From assembly GCA_963719505.1 (NCBI GenBank), contig CAVRCF010000001.1, positions 768,001 to 832,000 on the forward strand: DNA of 64,000 nucleotides, read 5' to 3'. A program made the position numbers and the translations under genes. Under the pieces are notes generated by a model, which was not told where the DNA came from, searched no databases, and saw only the letters and a program-made list of their open reading frames with translations. Shown piece by piece: positions 10,244-18,676 of the stretch (position 1 is its first letter; every line of letters starts with the position of its first letter). The DNA is from Halobacteriovoraceae bacterium (GTDB taxonomy: Bacteria > Bdellovibrionota > Bacteriovoracia > Bacteriovoracales > Bacteriovoracaceae).

Positions 10244-11499
10244 AAAATCTTAACGAAAAATATTTTAACCTTCTTTTAAATAGATTTAAAACAGGACATA
10301 AAACACAAGTCGTTCTCCACCAACCAGAAAAAGATATTTTTTCAAATGTTATCTGCCTTCCTATTGCAAATGATAAAGAGCTCTCAAGCATCACTATTCA
10401 AAAATACGAACAGCTAACGGATGATCTTTCTAAAAATTTGAAAAATTATGATTATACTATCTTAAAAATGCAAGCGGGACTTGGCTCAAGTGTAAAAAGA
10501 AAAGATCTAATTGCAAAAGTTGAAAAGAGAACCAGGCTTGGAGCAAAGGGGACCGATTTGTACTTTGAAGTTGAAGGTCAGATGAAGTCAATCTCTGAAC
10601 TACAACTCCTTCAGGCCCAGGCCCTTGGTGAGAAAAAAATATTTAAAAATATTAATTACGTAAACCTCGTCAATAAAGAGACAAAGGATGCGGTCGATGA
10701 AAGTTCTCAGAAATTTCAAGAGAGCAAGAGTCTTAATATCCTTGAGGATATCTACCAAAAGAAAATGAAAACAATTGGAGCCGATGGTGAACTGACCGAC
10801 AGAAGAAGGGCTCCTGCTGGGCACGGTTTTGTTGGATTTTCGGCAATTCTGGATACTTATCTTAATGATTTAAGACATGAAATAGTCGCTATCGGAAACG
10901 GTGAAGACCTTTGTTCAACTCCAGATCCTTTGATGATCAACTGGGTTGTTGAAAACAATATACCTATCACAATGCTGACAACGACAAAAACGCAAGCTGA
11001 TAAAAAAGGCGGTCAAATCTCTATTGTGACTGGTGAAAATGAGCATGTGACTATTGTTGAAAAAGCCCAAGCTGAAGAATCTGGTCAGCTTGAGTATTTT
11101 GAAGCTCTTGGCCTTCGTGCTGGGGATAAAGAATCTCTTTTTAATACCAATATTGTCATCATTAATAAAAAAGCTTTGAAAGAAATGTTTAATAAATATC
11201 TTGGTGGAATGAGTGCTGATGAGTTTTCTCAATGTTTTACTCCAGACATAATAAAAAATGTTAAGGAGCAAGATGGAGAGAAGTTTACTCAGCTTGAAAG
11301 TGCCCTGGGTTCTGTTGTCCTCAATCTAGATCGTTTCTTTAGAGAAAAGTTTAGTCAGCCTTTGGTTTCATTTTTGAATTTAAATAAAAATGACAGACGT
11401 AAATTTTTTATGCCTATAAAAAAGAGATCAGATTACGATGAAATCTTGGAGGCTTTTAAAGTGGATGCCAATAGTTTTCAATTAGTTCCAAAAATTTAA
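10240..11499 (+). CDS. UDPGP-family (eukaryote-type) UTP-sugar-1-phosphate uridylyltransferase
   Basis: ILKMQAGLGSS, PAGHG, KGG, FNTN, QLESALG and FMPIK correspond to UGP1-family motifs. Confidence 0.75.
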   Translation: MKNLNEKYFNLLLNRFKTGHKTQVVLHQPEKDIFSNVICLPIANDKELSSITIQKYEQLTDDLSKNLKNYDYTILKMQAGLGSSVKRKDLIAKVEKRTRLGAKGTDLYFEVEGQMKSISELQLLQAQALGEKKIFKNINYVNLVNKETKDAVDESSQKFQESKSLNILEDIYQKKMKTIGADGELTDRRRAPAGHGFVGFSAILDTYLNDLRHEIVAIGNGEDLCSTPDPLMINWVVENNIPITMLTTTKTQADKKGGQISIVTGENEHVTIVEKAQAEESGQLEYFEALGLRAGDKESLFNTNIVIINKKALKEMFNKYLGGMSADEFSQCFTPDIIKNVKEQDGEKFTQLESALGSVVLNLDRFFREKFSQPLVSFLNLNKNDRRKFFMPIKKRSDYDEILEAFKVDANSFQLVPKI

Positions 11500-11626
11500 T
11501 ATAAGCCTTGCTTTAAAAGCTTAATCCTTAAATGAATTCACTCTCTTTTTCATAACTTACAGACTCTTATGACTGATCACCTTTTGCAAATCCTTGTCTT
11601 AATCAATTCTAGCAAGGAGAATATAA

Positions 11627-11803
11627 GTGGATCAAGGGCAAGAAAATCAATACACCTATATCGATCTTTACGATCATGTGGTTAATGGACATTTGGTTGA
11701 TACAGGCTTTACCTACGACTGTTGGTCAGGTCAGTACGCTGTTGAAGATGCTGAAAAGAGAATTTTCAACTTAAAAGTGCGGGGCTATTTTAGTGAGGAC
11801 TAG
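11627..11803 (+). CDS. Small acidic hypothetical protein (58 aa), absent from ORF track
   Basis: AAGGAG RBS, GTG start, MDQGQENQYTYIDLYDHVVNGHLVDTGFTYDCWSGQYAVEDAEKRIFNLKVRGYFSED*. Confidence 0.6.
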   Translation: MDQGQENQYTYIDLYDHVVNGHLVDTGFTYDCWSGQYAVEDAEKRIFNLKVRGYFSED

Positions 11804-12246
11804 TCTTTACAAATGAAGGGGCTTCTATTTTCATAGCTTGGTGTACAGTAGGTTAACCAAGCTCCATCTTTAAAATGGGCAGAACCAAAGAACCAATTAA
11901 TATGATGATTAATTTTTGGATCTATTTTGATCTCATTCATAAACCTGTCGGGTTGGACACCATCGACTTCAAAGCACCAGCCGTAAACTCGCATCTCGTT
12001 ATCGCTAATCACTTCGTAGGAATCAAGGCCTGTGGGTGTTCCTATAATAGAATTTACTGATCTTTCGTCTCCTATAAATTCGACATTGTTCTCAAGGAAT
12101 GAATCAAGAGTAATCTTTGAGACTGTGGACTCATTATTGAGTGGTATTTCGATATCCAGATACTTTGAATCTGTACAAAGCTCAGAGATTGAGAATCGAA
12201 TGGCAAAGGCTTGTAGACTTAAAATGAGTAAAAGAATTATTTTCAT
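11800..12246 (-). CDS. Secreted DUF4430 (transcobalamin C-terminal-like) protein
   Basis: Signal peptide; VNSIIG...GWCFEVDG..P pattern. Confidence 0.6.
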   Translation of the reverse strand: MKIILLLILSLQAFAIRFSISELCTDSKYLDIEIPLNNESTVSKITLDSFLENNVEFIGDERSVNSIIGTPTGLDSYEVISDNEMRVYGWCFEVDGVQPDRFMNEIKIDPKINHHINWFFGSAHFKDGAWLTYCTPSYENRSPFICKD

Positions 12247-12285
12247 AGGCCCAAACTAACTTGGGCCATAGAGGTTGTAAAGAGA

Positions 12286-12675
12286 CTATATAATTTTGTT
12301 TAAGACTTGAATAAGAACAACAGCTCCCACCATAATACTAGAAAGCTTAACCGTCATTCGACTCTCAAGAGACTTTATGTCCGATCGAACCATAACAAAC
12401 TCCTGGTCAACTTTTGCAAAGCCATCTCTCATCTCAGTTCGAACGTTAGTGAATTCTTCTTTCATCTCAGATCGAAACTTAGAAAACTCTTCATGAACCT
12501 CAGTTTTAAAGGCTTGGAAGTCAGCTTTCACTTCTAGTTTGGCGATGTGAATGTCTTGTGAAGTCGCAAAATTGTCGTTCATAATTTCACTCAATACCTT
12601 GATCATGGTGGTGGCTTGATCTTTAGAAAAGCCACTTTCCTCTAAATAAAGACTATACCTCATTGCGTTAATCAT
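12286..12675 (-). CDS. DUF1640/CCDC90-like coiled-coil membrane-anchored protein
   Basis: LEESGFSKDQA head, FATSQD neck, 11-residue repeats (FKTEVHEEFSK/FRSEMKEEFTN/VRTEMRDGFAK), C-terminal TM. Confidence 0.8.
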   Translation of the reverse strand: MINAMRYSLYLEESGFSKDQATTMIKVLSEIMNDNFATSQDIHIAKLEVKADFQAFKTEVHEEFSKFRSEMKEEFTNVRTEMRDGFAKVDQEFVMVRSDIKSLESRMTVKLSSIMVGAVVLIQVLNKII

Positions 12676-12740
12676 TTCTACTCCTTTTTAAAGGAGAGTA
12701 TTCAATTTAGGGGTAAAGCTAAGATTTGTAAGTGATTGAA

Positions 12741-15700
12741 TTAACTCAGTAAAAACTGGATATCGTTCTTTTTCAGCTCTTTGATAAAGCCCTCATTGGA
12801 CTCTAGCAGAGTATTATAAAGATCTCTTTTTGTATTTTGAAGAGCATGAACTTTCTCTTCAATGGTGTCCTTGGTGATAAGTCGGTAAGCAAAGACGGGA
12901 TTTTTTTGACCAATCCTGTGGATTCTATCAATGGCTTGAGCTTCAACCGCCGGATTCCACCATGGGTCTAAAATAATACAATAGCTGGCGTTGGTGAGAT
13001 TTAATCCCACACCTCCGGCTTTGATACTAATGAGAAAAGTTTTATGCTCAGATCTATTTTTAAATTCGTTGATGACCTTATCTCGGTCGCGGGTAGAGCC
13101 ATCGAGGTAAGAAGAGTTGTCTGCATCGAGGTTTAGCTCCTCTTTAACTAAGGCCAAAAGCTTTGTGAACTGGCTAAAGATAATCACCTTATTTCCGGAG
13201 TCGTGAATCTCACTGACAAGCTCTTTGAGAGTCTCCATCTTTGAGCTTTCAATTTTGGTAGCGTTATCCACAAGCTTTAAGTGACTTGCTGCTTGGCGAA
13301 GCTTGGTGAGAACTTGCAGGAAAATAAGTTTTGAAAACTTCTCTTCAGATTGTTTTTCTAGCTCCTCTCGGAGGGCCACGTGATAACTTAAATATTCTTT
13401 TTTCTCTTTTGCCGACTGCTCACAGTAGATGGTTTGAATAGTCTTTTCTGGAAGGTCTTTTAAGACAGTCTCTTTTGTTCTTCTGAGAATAAAAGGTCTC
13501 AAAAAGTTAAAGTTCTCGAGAATGGTGGGATCTTTAATTTTCTTAGCTTCAAAAAGTCCAGGAATCACAATATTAAAAATACTCATCATGTCTCCGGCGT
13601 GATTTTCAACAGGAGTTCCGGTAAGAGCGTATTTGTGTTTGGCCACAACCGCAGCACAAGCTTTGTGGGTGAGAGAGGTTGAGTTTTTAATCATCTGGGC
13701 TTCATCCAAGATGAGATAGTCAAATTGATAATCAAAATTCTCTTGTCTTTGTAAAAGCTGATAAGAAACCAAGAAAACATCATTGAGGTCAAAATCCATT
13801 TTGCCCAAATTCTTATTTCGCCAGTTAAAAACTGAAATCTCTTTGGCAAACAGAGCAAATTCACTTTCCCAGTTTCCTGTGAGTGACTTTGGACAGACGA
13901 TCAATATCTTGAGCCCTTTGTTGGCATTAAGCTTTCTTTGAAGGTGAGCGATTATCTGAATCGTTTTTCCAAGTCCCATATCATCGGCGAGGCAACCACC
14001 AAAGCGGCACCTCTCAAGAAAATCAAACCAGCCAAGGGCCAATCTTTGATAAGGACGAAGAGTGCCGTTAAAGTTTTTTTCTTCATAGATTTCTTTAATC
14101 TCTTTAAAGTTTTCAAGCTCAGCTTTTAAAAGTCTGATATTCTTTTGTGTTTTTAATTCTGGAAACTCATCCAGGATTAATGCCTTTGCTGGGTGCAAAG
14201 ATATAGAGTCTTTAGTAATGACAGCATGTTTTTGAATAAGTCTTATTTTTTCAATCCAGTCATCGGGAATGATTCCCATTTCACCGGAGCTGAGTTCAAT
14301 GGTATTTGATTTTAGATTTACTTTTTTGAGGATATCTCTAAAATTTATTTCTTTTTTTAAGCCATTAAAATCAAGCTTTGGATTGAGGTCGAGCCAATTG
14401 ATTCCACTTGTCACATCCATACTAAACGAGCTCGCACTTTTTAATTTTTGTTTTTTAAAGAAAACGGGAAGCTTAAATTCATCTGCATATTGCATAAACT
14501 TAAAAAGTTCGGAGCTTTCAAATAAGAACGTATTATCCGTAAACGTAAAAGACGGAAAAGCTTTTATAAATCTCTCAAGCGGTTCGTAGTTGAGTTCAAC
14601 TAAGTTATTATTATTAGGTCCATCAGGGACATAGATATAGCCTCTGATGTGATTTGAGTTATCTTCCCACTTTAAATAAAGCTCAAAATAGATATCAATG
14701 GTTTCAACCTTGAGGTTAAACTTATCACCGGTAAAAAGGTGATGAGGTATATTTTTGATCAGCATGGCCTGAAGTTCATTCCACTGTTCATTGCTCACCT
14801 CAAGACTTTTTTCATAAATCTCAATTAAGGTTGAATAGAGGTTATTATCGATAAGATCTTTATTCTCCACCTCATAAAATTCATCATACTTTAAAAGAAG
14901 ATTGTCATAGATCTCTCGATCAAAATCCTTGTAAGAGAATCTTTTATCATTGATCTCAATATAGGGGACAGCAGACTTTTGCAAAGAGTCCACTTCAATT
15001 TTAAAGCGAGCCTTTTCTGAATTAAATCTCAGATCTTTATCCTCGTCGACATCATAATAGCGATAAGATCTTTTGATCGTTCTTTTCGTTTTAATCATTT
15101 TCTTAAAAAGGAGTCTGTTTTGATGAAGATAGAAGTCGCCGTTATGAAAACTTGATGAATTTTTAGATTGGGAATATTCCCACCTGCCAAAAGCACACAG
15201 CTGGTTGAGAATCTCTTGATCCAGAGCATCTGGAAGCATGCGAATAAGTTCAGGCTCTACTTTTACATTTTTAATTTTTCCAAGACGACCAGAGGCAAGT
15301 CTTGATTGACACTGAAGGGAAAACTCAACCTTAACTCCTGTATAGTCTTCATAAAAATCTATAATATACCAGATGAGTTCGGGGGCATTTGTTTTGACTT
15401 CTTTTTCACTGTAGAAAAGTTCGGGGGTCTCAATATCTTCTTTTCTTCTTTTTTGCTCGTAGATAAAACTTTCCATGATTTGTTCAAACTCATTGGATGG
15501 CTTATCTTCATGTTTTATAGGTTTAGGATTAATAAAGGCATTGTTAACAAATTCGTAGTCGCTATTCCAGTCATCAAAAAACATACCCGTCTCTTTTAAG
15601 ATGACAGCTGCGATATGCTTACACTGACCATTTGAGATAAAGGCCATGCAAGAACAAAAACCCAAAATTTCTTCATTAAGGGCCGACTTTTGAAGACTCA

Positions 15701-15833
15701 CCTGATAGGTGGTTGATCCTTTAACAGTAGCTTTGAGTCTATTTTTAGTAGAGTCTACAAGATTGATTTTATCCAAATAGTCTTGGGCTTTTTCAAATTG
15801 TATTTTATCAATATTGTAGAGAAATCTTGGCAT
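12741..15833 (-). CDS. SWIM zinc finger-SNF2 family helicase
   Basis: CSC..CKH SWIM; LADDMGLGKT, DEAQ, TGTPVEN, QAIDRIHRIGQ. Confidence 0.93.
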   Translation of the reverse strand: MPRFLYNIDKIQFEKAQDYLDKINLVDSTKNRLKATVKGSTTYQVSLQKSALNEEILGFCSCMAFISNGQCKHIAAVILKETGMFFDDWNSDYEFVNNAFINPKPIKHEDKPSNEFEQIMESFIYEQKRRKEDIETPELFYSEKEVKTNAPELIWYIIDFYEDYTGVKVEFSLQCQSRLASGRLGKIKNVKVEPELIRMLPDALDQEILNQLCAFGRWEYSQSKNSSSFHNGDFYLHQNRLLFKKMIKTKRTIKRSYRYYDVDEDKDLRFNSEKARFKIEVDSLQKSAVPYIEINDKRFSYKDFDREIYDNLLLKYDEFYEVENKDLIDNNLYSTLIEIYEKSLEVSNEQWNELQAMLIKNIPHHLFTGDKFNLKVETIDIYFELYLKWEDNSNHIRGYIYVPDGPNNNNLVELNYEPLERFIKAFPSFTFTDNTFLFESSELFKFMQYADEFKLPVFFKKQKLKSASSFSMDVTSGINWLDLNPKLDFNGLKKEINFRDILKKVNLKSNTIELSSGEMGIIPDDWIEKIRLIQKHAVITKDSISLHPAKALILDEFPELKTQKNIRLLKAELENFKEIKEIYEEKNFNGTLRPYQRLALGWFDFLERCRFGGCLADDMGLGKTIQIIAHLQRKLNANKGLKILIVCPKSLTGNWESEFALFAKEISVFNWRNKNLGKMDFDLNDVFLVSYQLLQRQENFDYQFDYLILDEAQMIKNSTSLTHKACAAVVAKHKYALTGTPVENHAGDMMSIFNIVIPGLFEAKKIKDPTILENFNFLRPFILRRTKETVLKDLPEKTIQTIYCEQSAKEKKEYLSYHVALREELEKQSEEKFSKLIFLQVLTKLRQAASHLKLVDNATKIESSKMETLKELVSEIHDSGNKVIIFSQFTKLLALVKEELNLDADNSSYLDGSTRDRDKVINEFKNRSEHKTFLISIKAGGVGLNLTNASYCIILDPWWNPAVEAQAIDRIHRIGQKNPVFAYRLITKDTIEEKVHALQNTKRDLYNTLLESNEGFIKELKKNDIQFLLS

Positions 15834-15841
15834 GGGGTACT

Positions 15842-16375
15842 CTACAAAATGATTTCTGGGCTTGGAAGTTTCAGTGCGTCAATATGTCTAACCTTTTTGA
15901 TATCACTTTTAGACACGGGCTTATTAAGCCAGTGAAGTTTATACTCATCAGGCATGCCAAACTTTTCGTGGATAGGGGCTTTCATGGATTTTCCATGAAC
16001 GAGGTGGTGCAAAGTACTATAGGGATAGTGCTCAATTTTTTTGACAAGCTTTGCCCTTGTAGGATTTTGGTAGATATATCTGTAGCAGTGAAGAAGATAG
16101 GTTTTTGAAGCAATGGACTGAATCTTGAGATTTTGAAAGACGCCCGGGTTGAGAAAAGAGATAAACTTCGAAACCTTCTTTGAATGAGTTTTTAAAAGAA
16201 GATGGTAATGATTATTCATTAGGACAAAACAGATAATATCCCCACCGTGGATTCTATGAGCGAGAGACAGACCAAAGAGAAGTTCATTCCACATTTTATC
16301 CATGGGTTTTTTAAACCATCTTTGGTCAATTGTTTTTGCTGTAATATGAAGTGTAAGTTTTTGTAATTGCGCCAT
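15842..16375 (-). CDS. REP-associated tyrosine transposase-like (HUH Y1) protein
   Basis: HITAK, FVLMNNHYHLL (HUH), YIYQNP, YPYST. Confidence 0.85.
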   Translation of the reverse strand: MAQLQKLTLHITAKTIDQRWFKKPMDKMWNELLFGLSLAHRIHGGDIICFVLMNNHYHLLLKTHSKKVSKFISFLNPGVFQNLKIQSIASKTYLLHCYRYIYQNPTRAKLVKKIEHYPYSTLHHLVHGKSMKAPIHEKFGMPDEYKLHWLNKPVSKSDIKKVRHIDALKLPSPEIIL

Positions 16376-16468
16376 TTTTAAAAAGTCCTTTATTTCAATC
16401 AGTAAAATATGCTATTCTTTTCATGCACCAAAAGGGTGGGGATGTGCTTCTAACACACCCCCCTTGGT

Positions 16469-16549
16469 TCACTTATATAGCTGGTAAGTCGCTACAATTA
16501 GCTGACAAACTGCTGCTATAAAAGAGAACACCCTAATGATGTCTTCCAT
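16469..16549 (-). CDS. Candidate 26-aa hydrophobic peptide (type I toxin-like)
   Basis: MEDIIRVFSFIAAVCQLIVATYQLYK*, AAAGG upstream, GC-rich hairpin downstream. Confidence 0.5.
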   Translation of the reverse strand: MEDIIRVFSFIAAVCQLIVATYQLYK

Positions 16550-16595
16550 AACAAAACCTTTTGGCAAAGGCGCCCTTCATTGGGCGTCATGGAAG

Positions 16596-16661
16596 CTCCT
16601 TGCTTTCTATGCAAGCTCTCAACGACCTAAAAAACTCTAAAGGTTTGAAATGATTCTATTT
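16596..16661. repeat. Direct repeat copy 1 (~66 bp)
   Basis: CTCCTTG..TTCTATGCAAG...CTAAAAAA.TCTAAAGGTTTGAAATGATTCTATTT, near-identical to 17332-17397. Confidence 0.9.
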
Positions 16662-16709
16662 AAAAGATGCTAAACGGATTTTTTTGTGGGGAGGAGGAGA
16701 GTATAAAGA

Positions 16710-17012
16710 TTAAGCGACGATGCTAACTTTTCCACTTACGCCAGCTTTAGTGAGTTGGTCTTGTAGGGCGTACTTGGCAAAAGTTTTTTCCGGCATACCA
16801 ATAAGCCTTGCAAAGCTTACGGCTCTTTCTACACTGACAAGCTTTCTCCCTTTTTCTATATTACATAGATCCTGTTTTGAAATTTGCAGTCTTTCAGCAA
16901 AATCTGTCTGAGTGATTTCATTGGCAATCCTATAAGAGTGAAGCATTTCACCAAAAGAGACTTGGCCGCTTTGTTGTCTTATGGCTGACTTTGCCCTATT
17001 TTTTGTACTCAT
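16710..17012 (-). CDS. HigA-like XRE HTH antitoxin
   Basis: ITQTDFAERLQISKQDLCNIEKGRK HTH; likely start MSTKN, overlapping the toxin end. Confidence 0.8.
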   Translation of the reverse strand: MSTKNRAKSAIRQQSGQVSFGEMLHSYRIANEITQTDFAERLQISKQDLCNIEKGRKLVSVERAVSFARLIGMPEKTFAKYALQDQLTKAGVSGKVSIVA

Positions 17013-17283
17013 GATGATTAATCTCCAGAACCTCAATGAGTAACTCATGGGTTTTCTCGTTTAGCTGGTAGATGATTCTCCAGCTTCTAGATAGGGAGCA
17101 GGAGCGCTGTCCTATTCTACTACCTTTGAGACTATGGTCTCTAAAACCTTTAATTTGTTGCATTTTTTTAAAGCCATCGGTTTCTATAATTTCCACCCAT
17201 AAATCAAATTGGATGAGAATATACCTTGGTATTTTGGATAAGTTTTTTTGAGCTTTTTTTGTCAGTAAAACTTTATATTCCAT
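16996..17283 (-). CDS. RelE/HigB-family toxin
   Basis: KKAQKNL..., DHSLKGSRIGQRSCSLSRSWRIIY; toxin-first gene order. Confidence 0.85.
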   Translation of the reverse strand: MEYKVLLTKKAQKNLSKIPRYILIQFDLWVEIIETDGFKKMQQIKGFRDHSLKGSRIGQRSCSLSRSWRIIYQLNEKTHELLIEVLEINHHEYKK

Positions 17284-17295
17284 AAAACCTTTTTA

Positions 17296-17316
17296 AGTAT
17301 ACCATAAAGGTGTACT
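17296..17316. promoter_or_regulatory. Palindromic operator of TA operon
   Basis: AGTATACC-ATAAA-GGTGTACT inverted repeat just upstream of the toxin ATG. Confidence 0.6.
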
Positions 17317-17331
17317 CTTGTATAGAGCCCA

Positions 17332-17397
17332 CTCCTTGGGTTCTATGCAAGGTCTTAGCGATCTAAAAAATTCTAAAGGTTTGAAATGATTCTATTT
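17332..17397. repeat. Direct repeat copy 2 (~66 bp)
   Basis: Near-identical to 16596-16661. Confidence 0.9.
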
Positions 17398-18519
17398 TAT
17401 AAAAGGAACAATGATTCTTTCAAAAAGATCGGGAAGTTTTGATTCAAAAACGGCACTTGCCGATTGAGCATTTTGTCTTGAGACCTCTGCTCTTAAATCC
17501 GCATCACTGAGAAGGGTTTGCATCAGCTGCGCCAGCTCGTGATCATTTTCTCCAGAGTAGATAAAGTTTTTTGACTTTCCCTCTAAAAGTTCGCTCGCCC
17601 CAACCCAGTTGGTTGTTATGACAGGAGCCCCGCAAGCCATGGCTTCGGCCACGACGCGGCCAAATTCTTCAATCCTTGCTGGTAAAACAAAAATATCTAG
17701 AGCGTTAAAATACTCTTCCACATGATGAATAACGGGCAGAAGCTTAACTCTATTTTTATAGGGACTTTGATCTAAGATGCTTTGAAATTCAGCTGGAAGC
17801 GTGTCTTTTCCCACGAAAACAAAATGACATTTTCGAGCGATCTCTTTTGGAAGAAGATTGATGGCGTTAAAAAATCTGTCCACTCCGCGCTTTTTAAAAT
17901 TTCCAGAAGTAATAAGACCGACTAAAAATTCATCCTCTTCCACTCCTAGCTGCTCTCTTTTATTATCGCGAATCTCTTTTGAGAGAACTTGAAATTGAGT
18001 CTCATCCACAGCGGGATAAATCACTGAGATATCTTTTTCCGGAATTTCAAATCTTTTTATCATCTCATTTTTCACAAGCTTGGAGTTGGCAATAAGATGC
18101 TTAAACTTTTGATTTTTAAAGATGGGGGTATGAATCTTGTACATTTCATCTTCTCTTGAAAGTACCGTCACCATGAACTTTTTCACTGAAGTGAGATGCA
18201 CACAATTGTGAACAAAGTGAATATCTGGATTTTGATAATCTCCGTGACCGATCACAAGGTTGGGCTTTAGCTTCTTGGCAAGATCTCGAGTTTGATTTGA
18301 AAACTGCAGACGCCTTTTAAACTTCTTTTGCCAAGGCCATCTAAAGGATTTATGGCTAGTTGCGCCACTGGCCTTAATATCACCCACATTTGGGTCCTCT
18401 GAGATAGTATGCACTTCATATCCAGCTGACTTAAAATACTTTATTTCCTCATGCACACTTCTAGTAGCACCGGAATAAGTTTTGGCCAAATTTTGCTTTG
18501 AAATGAGTATTTTCTTCAT
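17392..18519 (-). CDS. GT4 glycosyltransferase (WaaG-like)
   Basis: FKKRGVD, DIFVLPARIEEFGRVVAEAMACGAPVIT. Confidence 0.88.
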   Translation of the reverse strand: MKKILISKQNLAKTYSGATRSVHEEIKYFKSAGYEVHTISEDPNVGDIKASGATSHKSFRWPWQKKFKRRLQFSNQTRDLAKKLKPNLVIGHGDYQNPDIHFVHNCVHLTSVKKFMVTVLSREDEMYKIHTPIFKNQKFKHLIANSKLVKNEMIKRFEIPEKDISVIYPAVDETQFQVLSKEIRDNKREQLGVEEDEFLVGLITSGNFKKRGVDRFFNAINLLPKEIARKCHFVFVGKDTLPAEFQSILDQSPYKNRVKLLPVIHHVEEYFNALDIFVLPARIEEFGRVVAEAMACGAPVITTNWVGASELLEGKSKNFIYSGENDHELAQLMQTLLSDADLRAEVSRQNAQSASAVFESKLPDLFERIIVPFIK

Positions 18520-18676
18520 ATTAATAGTGTAGACTTTAAGAGCTACTTTGAGAACATCTATTCAAATACTTATCCCATATTTAGAGCTAGAAAAATCTTT
18601 TAAACCATGGTAACTAAATCGTTCATATATACCGCTATAATATAACTTTAGAACTAAATAGGGAGAACGAAGAGAT

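Noticed and set aside
11800-12246. Functional link between DUF4430 and B12-dependent metH
   Set aside because: About 9 kb apart with unrelated genes in between; no supporting evidence
16596-17397. Direct repeats as a CRISPR array or integron attC sites
   Set aside because: Only two copies ~740 bp apart, no cas or integrase genes, and no attC palindrome evident
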